Positions 20,768 to 31,154 of a stretch of DNA of 64,000 bases are shown piece by piece. Position 1 is the first letter of the stretch, and each line of letters begins with the position of its first letter. This stretch comes from Pseudomonadota bacterium. GTDB lineage: Bacteria > Campylobacterota > Campylobacteria > Campylobacterales > Sulfurimonadaceae. Both the position numbers and the translations under genes were made by a program. The DNA is taken from assembly GCA_043797085.1 (NCBI GenBank), contig JAZDQA010000013.1:241140-305139 (forward strand). The letters are read 5' to 3'. Below the pieces are notes generated by a model. It had not been told where the DNA came from and searched no databases. It saw only the letters and a list, made by a program, of their open reading frames with translations.

Positions 20768-21648
20768 TAGCCATCCCCTCTTCTCTCATCGACCGTAATG
20801 ATTTGAGCCTCTTAGAACGCGCGCTTCTTCCTCTGATTATTCGCCACGGTCTCATTTGGGGAGATAAACCAAAAGCTCTCTCTGCCTCATTTTTAGCCGA
20901 ACTTTTACGCCACAGTCCTCGTGAAGTGGTCGAAGCACTGGATGCATTGGTAACAAAAAAAATACTCAAAACAACCCGTGAAAAAACGGCGAACGGCGTG
21001 ATGATCCTCTACGTCCTTGAGCCCATTGCTGCTTCCATTGCAAGCCCTTCTTTGGCACTTACCGCATCGCAGTACACCGACAGCAACTATTATCTCAACC
21101 TCTCCAACGATTTTTTCGAAGAACTCCACGCCTATGCGCTCGAAGTATGTGATCGAGAGGGTCTGCGACGGGAGCTGTTTGATGATTTCAATCTCTATCA
21201 ACGCTCGCAAAACCGCCGATCGTTTGACTGGTTTGCCGAGTTTGAGCGGTGGTGTCGCCGTGAAGTAAGCTCCAATGCACCCGCAATCGCCAATCCAAAG
21301 CAAGTCGAAGAGACAAAGCCAAGCACTCAAGAATTCGAGATGGCGCAGTATTTTATCCGTCGTCTCTCCTCCATCGACCCGCAGTTCCAAGAGCCGTTTG
21401 ATGTGATGAGCTGGGCTGCACAGATTAAACTTTTGAGTGACACAGGAGGGTATTCCCTGCTTGAAATCAAGGCAGGAATTGATTGGCTCTTTAGCAGTAA
21501 AGGAGACTGGTTCCGTCCCAATGTCCCTGATGCCTATCATTTGAGAAAACACTTCAAACGGCTCATCTCTAACACCCGAAGTTTCCGAGACGGAGAGACA
21601 AAACTCCCCGATGGCATCAATATTTTCGATATTATCGGGCGGGAATAA
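20758..21648 (+). CDS. Phage replication-initiator-like protein (wHTH, DnaT-like middle, lambda-O-like C-terminus)
   Basis: LAELL..S...V..AL..L..K HTH; F..Y......DW.A.F..W.RR; WA..IKLL....YS..EI...IDW.....WF..NV.....LRKHF..L. Confidence 0.6.
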   Translation: MLMIAIPSSLIDRNDLSLLERALLPLIIRHGLIWGDKPKALSASFLAELLRHSPREVVEALDALVTKKILKTTREKTANGVMILYVLEPIAASIASPSLALTASQYTDSNYYLNLSNDFFEELHAYALEVCDREGLRRELFDDFNLYQRSQNRRSFDWFAEFERWCRREVSSNAPAIANPKQVEETKPSTQEFEMAQYFIRRLSSIDPQFQEPFDVMSWAAQIKLLSDTGGYSLLEIKAGIDWLFSSKGDWFRPNVPDAYHLRKHFKRLISNTRSFRDGETKLPDGINIFDIIGRE

Positions 21649-22570
21649 TTTCCGTCTCAATCCGTGTTTTTTGAAGCTTATCCTCTATAACTTTCACCTC
21701 TAAACGGCTTGCCTCTATCGATACCAAGTATTTTGTAATCTCTTCGGCACGTGCCGTTGAAAAGAGCTGTGCGGTGGGATAAAGAGCGACCAACCGTACA
21801 GGAGCAACCGTGTCTTGAAACAGACGTACCAAAAGCTTATCTCCCTTCTTCATCGTATCGGCTAGTTGTTTCAATTGACCTTTCCCTAATATCGTTAAAA
21901 CAACATCCCCTTTTACAAAAAGGTCTTGATTGTCATACGTACGAATAGTGGATTTTTTAACATCCGTCATCTCGCTCTTGGCTTCAACTTTCTCTTTTTT
22001 AACACTTTGCGATTCCAATTCCATGTAAATACAAGCCCCTTTGACATTGGGAGCGATGAGGGTGTAATTACCCTCACTGATTTTCCACTCTTTGATTTTA
22101 AGCTCTTTTAGATTGTCATCCAATCCTTTGTAGTTGAAAACTTTTTGCTCTTTTGGAACCATCACCGTCAAGATGTTTTGCTCGATCACACACTCTTTTG
22201 AACTGGCACAATCACCGCCGCAAATTAAAATTTTATTGATAGTCTCAGTACTGTTCACAATAAAATCATTTCTCTCAATGTGCTGCGTGTACGAATATCG
22301 ATCGGTTGCACCAAAGCGTAATTTTACTTTCTCATCTTTTTGAGTTTCAATCGTATAGTTACCAGGTTGTGCATACGTAATTTGTTTTTTATCAAATCCT
22401 TTATCAAACAAAAACTCATACGACTCTTGTTTATCCCCTTGATGATAAAAATGGGCAGTGGCAGAGGAGAGATCAGATTTAGGATAAAAAACCAATTTGC
22501 TCATGTTAGCATTTGCGATACTAAGCCCCAACATCGTCACCAATAATACTAATATACTTTTTTTCATCAT
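21632..22570 (-). CDS. Secreted protein with degenerate OmpA/MotB-like C-terminal domain
   Basis: Signal peptide; DLF..G...LT..GK..L and FSTARAEEITKYL. Confidence 0.6.
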   Translation of the reverse strand: MMKKSILVLLVTMLGLSIANANMSKLVFYPKSDLSSATAHFYHQGDKQESYEFLFDKGFDKKQITYAQPGNYTIETQKDEKVKLRFGATDRYSYTQHIERNDFIVNSTETINKILICGGDCASSKECVIEQNILTVMVPKEQKVFNYKGLDDNLKELKIKEWKISEGNYTLIAPNVKGACIYMELESQSVKKEKVEAKSEMTDVKKSTIRTYDNQDLFVKGDVVLTILGKGQLKQLADTMKKGDKLLVRLFQDTVAPVRLVALYPTAQLFSTARAEEITKYLVSIEASRLEVKVIEDKLQKTRIETEIIPAR

Positions 22571-22677
22571 AACCTCACTATAACCAGCCTACGCACATAG
22601 TAATAAAAAAATGCTTAAAAACTTTGCTTTATCCCTTACATGCTACAATGTCTTTACTTTAATATCCGAGTCTCTCA

Positions 22678-23964
22678 ATGTTTAAAACCGAATCTTATCT
22701 CCCTATAATCGAATCCAGTATCCACGATTTTTACAATGATCTCGAATATGAGGGGTATCTTGGAAACAGTAATTTCGAATATGCCCGTGCTATCAATCAC
22801 CACAAGGAACTTTTTATTGCACTGCTTGCATCCAGCAATGCGGAGGATGCAACTGAAAAAACCGAAGAGTTTGTACACTTTTGTGTTACACACGACATCC
22901 CTTATATGTTCGTCTATGGAGAGCTTCTCACCATTGCACGAAATTTGATGGGTATTCTCGCCAAAGAGGGAGATCTTGAAAATCTCAAAAAACTCAATGC
23001 CTATTTTGACAACCTTGAACATGAAATCACCGTTGCTTATTTTCATAAATTTCTCCGACGCCTTGCTGCCAAAAATCACCTGCGCCTCTCTCACATCGCC
23101 AACCTCGTTGAAAAAAATCTCATGGTTCATTATCAACAACACATTGAATGGCTTATTGCCCTCATTTCCTACATTGAAAATAGCTGTACAACTTCGCATC
23201 CAGAGCTCAACCATTGTCTTTGCAAGTTTGGACAATGGCTTCATAGCACCGCTATCCCCTACATCGTTACGACAAGCCACTTTAAAGAAGTGACACGCCT
23301 GCATCAAAGCTTGCATGATGCGGCAAGCGATGTAGTAGGGCAATGTCAACAGCTCATCCTAAAACCTAAACATTTGATCCATCTGCTCCAACGCCTTGAC
23401 TACATCTCGTTGGAAATCGGAAATGAGATTGCTATTTTAAACGATATGATGATGATTGAAGAGTATTCTAAAGATCCCCTCACTGGTCTACTAACGCGCC
23501 GACTGTTCGATAAAGTGATGATGGGGCAAATCGAAACCGCCAAGGCGACAGAGAGTCAATGCTCTCTCCTTATGTGTGATTTGGATCATTTCAAAATCAT
23601 CAATGACACATACGGTCATTTGGCAGGAGATGCGGTTATCAAAGATTTTTCCGCACTGCTTCAAAAAATATTGCGAAAATCGGATTTTATTTTCCGCTAT
23701 GGAGGGGAAGAGTTTATCGTCCTTCTCCCTGCCACTTCCAAGACTCAAGCGCGAACCATTGCACAAAAAATTTGCGATGAAGCCGCAGCCCAAGTTGTCC
23801 TTTTTGATACCATTCCCTTAAGCTATACCGTCAGCATTGGAGTAACCGCGGTTGTAACCGACGACACCTCTTATATCCTTAAAGAGACGATTCAAAGTTA
23901 CGTTGCCGAAGTTGACAGCAAACTCTATCTCGCCAAACAAAACGGACGCAATCGGGTGGAATAA
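22678..23964 (+). CDS. Diguanylate cyclase with CZB zinc-binding domain
   Basis: H..W, NHCLCKFGQW, H..LH (CZB); DPLTGL, DLDHFK, GGEEF. Confidence 0.92.
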   Translation: MFKTESYLPIIESSIHDFYNDLEYEGYLGNSNFEYARAINHHKELFIALLASSNAEDATEKTEEFVHFCVTHDIPYMFVYGELLTIARNLMGILAKEGDLENLKKLNAYFDNLEHEITVAYFHKFLRRLAAKNHLRLSHIANLVEKNLMVHYQQHIEWLIALISYIENSCTTSHPELNHCLCKFGQWLHSTAIPYIVTTSHFKEVTRLHQSLHDAASDVVGQCQQLILKPKHLIHLLQRLDYISLEIGNEIAILNDMMMIEEYSKDPLTGLLTRRLFDKVMMGQIETAKATESQCSLLMCDLDHFKIINDTYGHLAGDAVIKDFSALLQKILRKSDFIFRYGGEEFIVLLPATSKTQARTIAQKICDEAAAQVVLFDTIPLSYTVSIGVTAVVTDDTSYILKETIQSYVAEVDSKLYLAKQNGRNRVE

Positions 23965-23968
23965 TCCC

Positions 23969-24307
23969 TTAACGGATCTTCACCAGCACTTTACGCTGAC
24001 AATCACACTCTCCAAAATAGACCCATTGTTCTTGATACATGGGTTGTGGTGCATACACAACAGGGGCTTGAACATTTTGTACGTACGTAACGCTTTCTCT
24101 TTGAGGAGAAGAGAGGGCATACCCGATAACACTTCCTACAACCAAGGGGATAACCCAATTGTTATGATGCCCTCCCCTTTCATACGACATCCGTTCGTGA
24201 TGAGAACCACGGTTACCTCTATGCTCATTCCCGCGATCCGCATAAAGCGAAGTTGAGAGAAGTGCAGTTGCACCTAAAACGGTGACGAATAATTGTAATG
24301 GTTTCAT
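23969..24307 (-). CDS. Small secreted hypothetical protein
   Basis: Signal peptide, His/Arg/Gly-rich stretch, hydrophobic segment, AGGAG RBS. Confidence 0.7.
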   Translation of the reverse strand: MKPLQLFVTVLGATALLSTSLYADRGNEHRGNRGSHHERMSYERGGHHNNWVIPLVVGSVIGYALSSPQRESVTYVQNVQAPVVYAPQPMYQEQWVYFGECDCQRKVLVKIR

Positions 24308-24406
24308 TGGAAACTCCTACTTTTTAGATAGTCGTATTGTTGCCCATAACTGTGAAGTCATTGTGGAATGGTATAATTGCCCAAATAAATACAGGAGAGT
24401 ATTGTA

Positions 24407-25168
24407 ATGAAGTATCAATGGTTAGGATTATGGGTCCTTACAGCATCGCTGTACGCTTCTCCCCAATGTTACACGCAAGGCTATGGCGACCTCATCACTT
24501 CTGTCAACGAAACGTCCCTGATCCTCAAAGATGGTACTCAATTGCCATACCATACCGACAGCGCAAAGACATCATGGGATGAAAAAATCAACAATGCTGA
24601 TTTAGAAATGCAGCTTTCACAAGCCTACGATGCCGGCGGAATAGAGACACCACCGCCCTATCTCTTTGATCCGGGACGTTTACGCTATCAGCCTTTTTTC
24701 CAAGCTCTCTACGGCAAAGATAAAAAAGCCATCGAAAAAAATCTTGTCACGATCCAATGGCCAACACTCAAAGGTTCCGTAAAACTCCCCGTCAACAAAG
24801 TGGGAGAAGTGGATAAAAAACTTTATGCAATCGGTCAAGAGATCGCAAAACTTCCTAAAAAAGATCGGATTTGGGCAGAGGGCGCAACGACTTATTGTTA
24901 TCGCGTTATCAAAGACACTGACCGACTCTCCATGCACAGCTTTGGTATCGCCATCGACTTGGCCCCAGCCACTACCCAATACTGGAAAGACGAAGCTCCT
25001 AACGAGACCGATAAAATCGGTTATAAAAATACCATGCCTATGTCTATCGTTCGCATTTTTGAAAAATATGGCTTTATTTGGGGTGGGCGCTGGTACCACT
25101 ACGATACGATGCATTTCGAATATCGTCCTGAACTCTTCGCCCCCACATGTGCTACAAAGGGTATATAA
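24407..25168 (+). CDS. Secreted M15-family peptidoglycan metallopeptidase
   Basis: Signal peptide, SMHSFGIAID, GFIWGGRW.HYDTMHFE. Confidence 0.92.
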   Translation: MKYQWLGLWVLTASLYASPQCYTQGYGDLITSVNETSLILKDGTQLPYHTDSAKTSWDEKINNADLEMQLSQAYDAGGIETPPPYLFDPGRLRYQPFFQALYGKDKKAIEKNLVTIQWPTLKGSVKLPVNKVGEVDKKLYAIGQEIAKLPKKDRIWAEGATTYCYRVIKDTDRLSMHSFGIAIDLAPATTQYWKDEAPNETDKIGYKNTMPMSIVRIFEKYGFIWGGRWYHYDTMHFEYRPELFAPTCATKGI

Positions 25169-25171
25169 ATT

Positions 25172-26503
25172 TTAGCAGCTGGTGCATGTAATCGTTTGGT
25201 TACGCCCTTGATGTTTGGCCGCGTAAAGCGCTTGATCTGCTCGTTCAATCACCATACTCAAAGCATCTTCTGTATTGACACGGGTTATCCCGATACTGCA
25301 CGTGATGTGTCCTGCTTGATTAAAAATATACGCTTCAACAGCGAGACGAATTTTTTCAGCCGCGACGTATGCTTGATCACAATCCGTATGTTGCAACAAA
25401 ACGACAAATTCTTCCCCGCCCCATCGGGCAAAGACGTCTGCCTCTCGAATCAACCCTGTGACAATCGAGCTAAACGTCTTAAGGACATAATCGCCGATAT
25501 TATGCCCATAGGTGTCATTGACTTTTTTGAAATCATCCAAATCCAGCATTAAAAGCGATAAGTCAATATTGTACCGTTTTGATGTTGCCAATTCTTTGTC
25601 GAAAAGTTCTGCAAACATATGCCGATTATTGATCGAGGTAAGAGAATCTTTGGTTGCCAAAGTGGTTAAATGTTTATTTTTTTGTTGAAGGATTTGGTTC
25701 AGTTCTTCAAATTTATCGTAATGCGTATTCAGCAACTGTGACCACTTTAAATACGTTCGAGAGATAAGATCTTGCTGTGTCACGATACCAATAATAATCC
25801 CATTCTCTACAACAACAATCCTCTTATAATGATGACTTTTAAAGAAATCAAGGGCATCACTGATCGTAGCTGTTGAGAGCATTGTTTCCAATGGTGAAGA
25901 CATCACCTCTCCAGCGGTAATACTGGAACAATGATCATCATCGATAAATTTCAAAATATCTTTGGAGGTAACAATTCCAACAGGAAGACTTTTATCTTGG
26001 ATAATGACACAATCAGAAAGAGCATCTTTCATGTATTCCAAAACATTATCCATGTTTTCCGAACAATCAAAGCTTTTAAATCCAAATTTTTTATCGAAAA
26101 TAGTTCCAAGCTGCAAACTTTCCAAAACGACCTGAGGATCGACACTTGCCACAATATCACTGTTGGTAACCAACCCATATAATGAGCCATCCTCATTGCA
26201 AACACAAATATACTCACCTGTTTTGTCCGTCATATTAAGAGCATTAATAACATTACTCTCTTTGCTTAAACGCGGAAGTGTATGCAATGAAATTTTTGAT
26301 AGCGGTGTCGAAAAATCAATTTTTTCTACTTTTAAACGAATCAAATCCTTCGAAGTAATGATGTGATGAAGGGGTCCATTCACGACGACAATACTTCGAT
26401 GCTCATGCTCGTGCATCTTTCTTAAGGCGTCGTTAATGGTATCGTTGATATCGGCACAGATAACATCCGTGGAAGCAATCAATTCAAGGGTGGGGAAAAA
26501 CAT
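25172..26503 (-). CDS. CBS-domain diguanylate cyclase
   Basis: Four CBS-like repeats (IITSKD, LVTNSD, IVTSKD, IVTQQD), DLDDFK, WGGEEF. Confidence 0.93.
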   Translation of the reverse strand: MFFPTLELIASTDVICADINDTINDALRKMHEHEHRSIVVVNGPLHHIITSKDLIRLKVEKIDFSTPLSKISLHTLPRLSKESNVINALNMTDKTGEYICVCNEDGSLYGLVTNSDIVASVDPQVVLESLQLGTIFDKKFGFKSFDCSENMDNVLEYMKDALSDCVIIQDKSLPVGIVTSKDILKFIDDDHCSSITAGEVMSSPLETMLSTATISDALDFFKSHHYKRIVVVENGIIIGIVTQQDLISRTYLKWSQLLNTHYDKFEELNQILQQKNKHLTTLATKDSLTSINNRHMFAELFDKELATSKRYNIDLSLLMLDLDDFKKVNDTYGHNIGDYVLKTFSSIVTGLIREADVFARWGGEEFVVLLQHTDCDQAYVAAEKIRLAVEAYIFNQAGHITCSIGITRVNTEDALSMVIERADQALYAAKHQGRNQTITCTSC

Positions 26504-26588
26504 ACGGTAAACTCCTCTATATGTTTTATTATACCCCCAATTTTCATAAAAAACTAACTTTTCTCTAACTAAAGAAGGAAGATTCTAT

Positions 26589-26939
26589 CTATCGCCTAAT
26601 CAAAAATTCAATCACTTTTTCAACTGGACGCCCGATCAGCGCTCGATTATTCTCAATGAGAATTGGTCTTTCGATTAATTTAGGGTACTCCGCTAGGGCG
26701 TCAATAAGTTTTGATTCCTCTGTTACTTCCGCAAGTCCCAACTCTTTATACAGATCTTCTTTTGTCCGCATAAGCTCCCGCGCCGATATTCCAAGCTTTT
26801 GCAAAAGGTCCGTGATCTCTTGTCGGGAAGGTGTTGTTTCCAGATATTTAACTACTTCATAGGAAAGCCCCTTCTCTTCGAGGAGTTTGAGGGCTTCACG
26901 CGATTTCGAACATTTTGGATTGTGCCAAATGGTTATCAT
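26589..26939 (-). CDS. arsC: ArsC/Spx-family arsenate reductase (glutaredoxin type)
   Basis: HNPKCSKSR, LIERPI, IGRP; likely start MITIWH at 26939. Confidence 0.88.
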   Translation of the reverse strand: MITIWHNPKCSKSREALKLLEEKGLSYEVVKYLETTPSRQEITDLLQKLGISARELMRTKEDLYKELGLAEVTEESKLIDALAEYPKLIERPILIENNRALIGRPVEKVIEFLIRR

Positions 26940-27005
26940 GGTGTCTCTCTTTTTTATCAACATTATAACGCAACGCATTAAGGCTCTCTTGTGGAAGTAT
27001 CTATC

Positions 27006-29084
27006 TTACCATTTCCCCTCAATCGATAAAACCACCTGTGGTTTTGTATGCTCTTTATCCACCTGAGTCTGCGTAATCGCTCCTGCTGCATCGTACAGAC
27101 GTGAAGTTGTCTCTACCGTAGAAGCCGTGATATTTTTCACGTTAAACTGTAATTTAAACGTTTTATTGAGCCGTTTATTGGCATAGAAATCGAGTGTGCC
27201 GTACCCTTTTTGCGATTGGGATATGAAATACTCCTGCGGATCATCGTATCCACCGACGTAGCGATAAGCGGCTCCGTAGGTGATTTCAGAGCCTTTTAGC
27301 GTGTGATCAAAACCGAGGTTACAGGTAAAATTCGGTGTTTGTAAAAGCTCTCTTTTGACTCCGGTTAGAGTGTTCGTAATCGATGAGTCTTGCAGCGTTG
27401 CATTGGCAAAAATTCCGAACCCTGTGATGTACTCTTTGAGTGATTTTTTAACCTCTAATTCAAGACCCCACAACGATCCCTCTCCAGCATTTTCAGGGGT
27501 TTGTTCATAGCGTCCCGATACGGAGTTAAAACGGATCGCATTTTCGATTTTATCATTGATGGTTCGATAAAACCCGCCGATACTCGCTAAGCCTTTATCC
27601 TCAAAAAAATGTTCGTACCGAAGCTCATAACTCAACGCTTTCTCTTCGTTCAAATTCGGATTTCCGATCACATCGGGGCGATGGATGCTGTTTTCATCGA
27701 GGGTGCTGTTGGTACTCGCCGATAGTTGGCTGAGTCTTGGGAGACGGACGGTTTTAGCAACACTTGCACGGATATTGTCTTTTGGTGTCACCTGAAACAG
27801 TGCGTGCAGAGAGGGCGCGAAGTAACCCAGATTCGACGTTGCACCATAGTCTCTCTCTAATGTTTCATAACGAAGACCCGGGGTAATGACGATCCCCTCA
27901 TTCAGTGTATATTCGTCTTGGATATAGAGGGCGAGCTTGTCCTCTTTCATCTGAATTTTATCGTTCACAGAAGTGACATCTACCCCGTTTAACACCCGTG
28001 TCGTTTCATCGATTTGATCGCTTCTTTTGAGTTCAAATCCGGCTTTGATAAAGTGATCCTCTCGAAGTGCGGAATAATCTCCTTGAAGTCCGTAAAACCG
28101 ACTCAATACATAATCGTGATTTTTTCGGTTGTTAGCAGATGGGGTCGATAATGACTCCAAATCGGCACTCTCTTCAAACGAATGGATTTTTGCCTTCCAT
28201 TCAAAAATATCATCACCAAATCGGTGCTCCGCCCCCAATGCCGACCAAAGCATCGTATTGGTAGCATCGTCGTAACTTTGGTAACGACTTGTCGGAGTGG
28301 CTGAGCCTTCGGTTAGCGTCGTTGAATTAATCCTATCAGTATCATGATTAAACGTCACAGAGCCGTCATAGAGTATTTTAAGGCGTGAAGAGGGGGTGAA
28401 GTTCAGTTTTCCACGCAGTCCTACGGAGCGATTTTTGCTTTTATCGTCACGCTTCTCATTGGTATTTAATGCTATTTTATCGGTAAAAATATCCGTCCGA
28501 TCTACTTTACGGTTTTCAGACGCGGTAAGGTTTGCCAAATACGAAATTTTATCGATTTTCCCTTCTCGTTGAACATACGCGGTTTCACTCAAATCCTCAC
28601 CGTAGGCACCAACGGTTACTTTTGCTAACATTCGCCCCTCTGCCTTTGGTTTTTTGAGAACGACGTTGACGATCCCCCCCATCGATTCGGCAGTGTACTC
28701 TGCCGAACCGTTGGTCATCACCTCGATGCGCTCGATCATGTCGGGTGAAATCTGCTCTAACGGACTAGCACGCTTACTCGTACCCGTCGAAGTCGCCTCA
28801 CCGTCGATCATTACCACCGTGTATCCCTTACCCGGTGCACTAGCGGGTCCTTTGCCATTTGGAATCGTTACCCCAGGGGTGCGTCGGAGAATCTCTAACG
28901 CATTCGAATCCCCATACTGAGTCAATTCCTCTGCTTTGATAATCCGTTTGGCGATGGAATTATCCCGTCGCTCATCGATAGCGGAATACTCTTCGGCGAC
29001 TTGGATTTTTTCTAACGTCACAATCTCTTGCGCACACACACTGCTAATCATAGCGGTAGATGCAAGTATAATTCGATAATTCAC
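27006..29084 (-). CDS. TonB-dependent outer membrane receptor
   Basis: Probable GTG start at 29084 after AGGA; plug motifs LRRTPGV, IERIEV, GGIVNVVLK; terminal Trp. Confidence 0.93.
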   Translation of the reverse strand: MNYRIILASTAMISSVCAQEIVTLEKIQVAEEYSAIDERRDNSIAKRIIKAEELTQYGDSNALEILRRTPGVTIPNGKGPASAPGKGYTVVMIDGEATSTGTSKRASPLEQISPDMIERIEVMTNGSAEYTAESMGGIVNVVLKKPKAEGRMLAKVTVGAYGEDLSETAYVQREGKIDKISYLANLTASENRKVDRTDIFTDKIALNTNEKRDDKSKNRSVGLRGKLNFTPSSRLKILYDGSVTFNHDTDRINSTTLTEGSATPTSRYQSYDDATNTMLWSALGAEHRFGDDIFEWKAKIHSFEESADLESLSTPSANNRKNHDYVLSRFYGLQGDYSALREDHFIKAGFELKRSDQIDETTRVLNGVDVTSVNDKIQMKEDKLALYIQDEYTLNEGIVITPGLRYETLERDYGATSNLGYFAPSLHALFQVTPKDNIRASVAKTVRLPRLSQLSASTNSTLDENSIHRPDVIGNPNLNEEKALSYELRYEHFFEDKGLASIGGFYRTINDKIENAIRFNSVSGRYEQTPENAGEGSLWGLELEVKKSLKEYITGFGIFANATLQDSSITNTLTGVKRELLQTPNFTCNLGFDHTLKGSEITYGAAYRYVGGYDDPQEYFISQSQKGYGTLDFYANKRLNKTFKLQFNVKNITASTVETTSRLYDAAGAITQTQVDKEHTKPQVVLSIEGKW

Positions 29085-29097
29085 AATAGGTTCCTGC

Positions 29098-29487
29098 TTA
29101 TTTTTGTTTGTCGGTGACAATATAGAGCTGTTCATGCCCTAGACGTTTAAGAACGTCCATCACTCCAACAAAATTTTGAAATGCTGCATCTTTATCGCTG
29201 TAAAGTACAACTGTCATCTCTTTACCACCAGCCACTACACGCTGTTCAAACTCTGCCAAAGTGATCGGAGTTTTTGCCTCATCCAACATTAGAATCCCGT
29301 CTTTTCGGATAGTCAGTTTAAGTTCTGAGGGTTTATGCTCTGCAGCTGTCCCTTTGGCATCAGGCAACTCAACAGGGATTAATCCGGTACGAATAAATGT
29401 CGCCGTCGTCAATACCATGACCAAAAGAACCAGCATAATGTCGATAAAAGGAATGACGTTAATGGAATCAACCCGTTTCATTTTCAT
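29098..29487 (-). CDS. exbD: ExbD
   Basis: INVIPFIDIMLVLL, SDKD, VMDVLK. Confidence 0.95.
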   Translation of the reverse strand: MKMKRVDSINVIPFIDIMLVLLVMVLTTATFIRTGLIPVELPDAKGTAAEHKPSELKLTIRKDGILMLDEAKTPITLAEFEQRVVAGGKEMTVVLYSDKDAAFQNFVGVMDVLKRLGHEQLYIVTDKQK

Positions 29488-29490
29488 AGG

Positions 29491-29943
29491 TTACCCTCGA
29501 TTTTTATGGGCGCTAATGTCCCATTGTGTCAAAAGTCGTTCCATTTTTCGAAGCAAAATATTGTAAAAAATGATAGCAGGGATAGCAACCACCAGCCCCA
29601 TCGCCGTAGCTTTGAGCGCCAATGCCAATCCGGTCATAATCTTCTTCGGATCAACCGCACCAACATCACCGAGGCTGTAAAACGTAATCATAATCCCCAA
29701 TACCGTCCCAAGCAGTCCCACATAAGGAGCATTGGAACCGATAGTCGCAATCGTACTGACGTTATTACCTAAATCAAGCTCCAACTCCTCTTTGGTCTCG
29801 TAATCATGGATACGTACCGACCCATACGCCATCATTCTCTCGATAAAAAGCGAGAGTGAGGCAACACTCATTAACACCAAAATCCCGATAATTCCATAAT
29901 CAATCGCCGCGTGTGCGAATTCCAACATGTTGCTATTTTCCAT
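29491..29943 (-). CDS. exbB: ExbB
   Basis: NAPYVGLLGTVLGIM, ALKATAMGLVVAIPA. Confidence 0.95.
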   Translation of the reverse strand: MENSNMLEFAHAAIDYGIIGILVLMSVASLSLFIERMMAYGSVRIHDYETKEELELDLGNNVSTIATIGSNAPYVGLLGTVLGIMITFYSLGDVGAVDPKKIMTGLALALKATAMGLVVAIPAIIFYNILLRKMERLLTQWDISAHKNRG

Positions 29944-31123
29944 TTTTTTCTCCCTGTGTGGTTAATTTTAACGCTTTTCTTCTCTTCTTTTTAAGCCACA
30001 ATAGTGTTCCGGTAATCATCAAGATTATCGTCACAATGCCCGAAGCAAAAATCATCAAACGACCTGTCATTCCCAAGGCTTCACCATTATGCAAAGGAAA
30101 CTGCCAATTAATAAACGATTGTCCTGAAGATACTTTTAACGGATCTTTCACATAAAGGACTTTCCCACTATACTGATCGATCCATATTGTTGTTTGCCCT
30201 TTTGTTTTTCGGACTTCACCCTCTTGGCGTTTGTAAACTTTATACGTATCTTCAGCATCTATAGGCAAGCTGATATGACTCAATACTGCATTTGGAAAAG
30301 TACTATTTGCAATTTTCACCGCATCTTCGATAGTGATAGCCTTAGTCTCCAATAGCGTGTGCGTCGAGGTTAAATCTTTGGGTGTTTTTTCCAGCGGAGA
30401 AAAAACTTTTACTACAGGTTTGATGTATTCGGGAAAAATCAAATAGACTCCCGTGAACGTAACGACTACGAGGATGATTGCAGTGTAAATACCGCTAACA
30501 CGATGCAAGTCCAAATTAAATCGAACCGAATTTCCATCATGCTTGAGCTTTAGAGCGCGTTTGAATTTGCCATTTCTTGGCCACCATAAATAAATACCGC
30601 TTAGGACAACGATAAGCCACGCAATCCCCGAAAGCCCAACGATTGTTCGACCGGTTCCTCCCAAAAGAAGAGATGAGTGCAGTTCATAAATAGTTTTAAT
30701 CAGATGCGCTCCGTCAACGCCGTACGTGCTACGGTCACGTTTTCCCAAAACTTCTGCCGTATAAGGGTTTACCATCACTTGAAACCAATCAAATCCGCCG
30801 CAGCATTTAGGCATGCCTGCCTCAGGATGCTCTTTAGGCGTTTTAAACAACACCAAACAAACACTCTCTTTCTCTTTAGGAGGATAGATCAAAGCAGCAG
30901 GTTTATCCGGATACGCCATTTTAGCCGAAGCCAAAATTTCAGACATCGATTTTCGGTGTCCATCTCCATAATCGCTCACGGTAAATAGTTCAGGATTAAT
31001 CATCTCATCCAATGCATCGTCAAAAACAATCACACTTCCAGTAATACCAACAACGAGAAAAATTATCCCTAAAAATAAACTCAAGTAAAGATGAATCTTC
31101 ACAAAAATACTTCGTACACTCAT
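29933..31123 (-). CDS. PepSY-associated TM helix protein
   Basis: IHLYLSL, VNPYTAEVLG, ELHSSL, SGIYLWWPR, DLHRVSG, IDQYSG, PLHNG. Confidence 0.93.
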   Translation of the reverse strand: MSVRSIFVKIHLYLSLFLGIIFLVVGITGSVIVFDDALDEMINPELFTVSDYGDGHRKSMSEILASAKMAYPDKPAALIYPPKEKESVCLVLFKTPKEHPEAGMPKCCGGFDWFQVMVNPYTAEVLGKRDRSTYGVDGAHLIKTIYELHSSLLLGGTGRTIVGLSGIAWLIVVLSGIYLWWPRNGKFKRALKLKHDGNSVRFNLDLHRVSGIYTAIILVVVTFTGVYLIFPEYIKPVVKVFSPLEKTPKDLTSTHTLLETKAITIEDAVKIANSTFPNAVLSHISLPIDAEDTYKVYKRQEGEVRKTKGQTTIWIDQYSGKVLYVKDPLKVSSGQSFINWQFPLHNGEALGMTGRLMIFASGIVTIILMITGTLLWLKKKRRKALKLTTQGEKNGK

Positions 31124-31154
31124 TTGAACCTCTTTTATCGATTATGTATATTTT

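Noticed and set aside
20905..21660. 251-aa minus-strand ORF
   Set aside because: Fully antisense to a gene with recognisable motifs; no motif of its own
20168..25168. Intact prophage (replication gene plus M15 peptidase as endolysin)
   Set aside because: Peptidase has a Sec signal, intervening genes are host signalling genes, and no holin, integrase or structural genes are present
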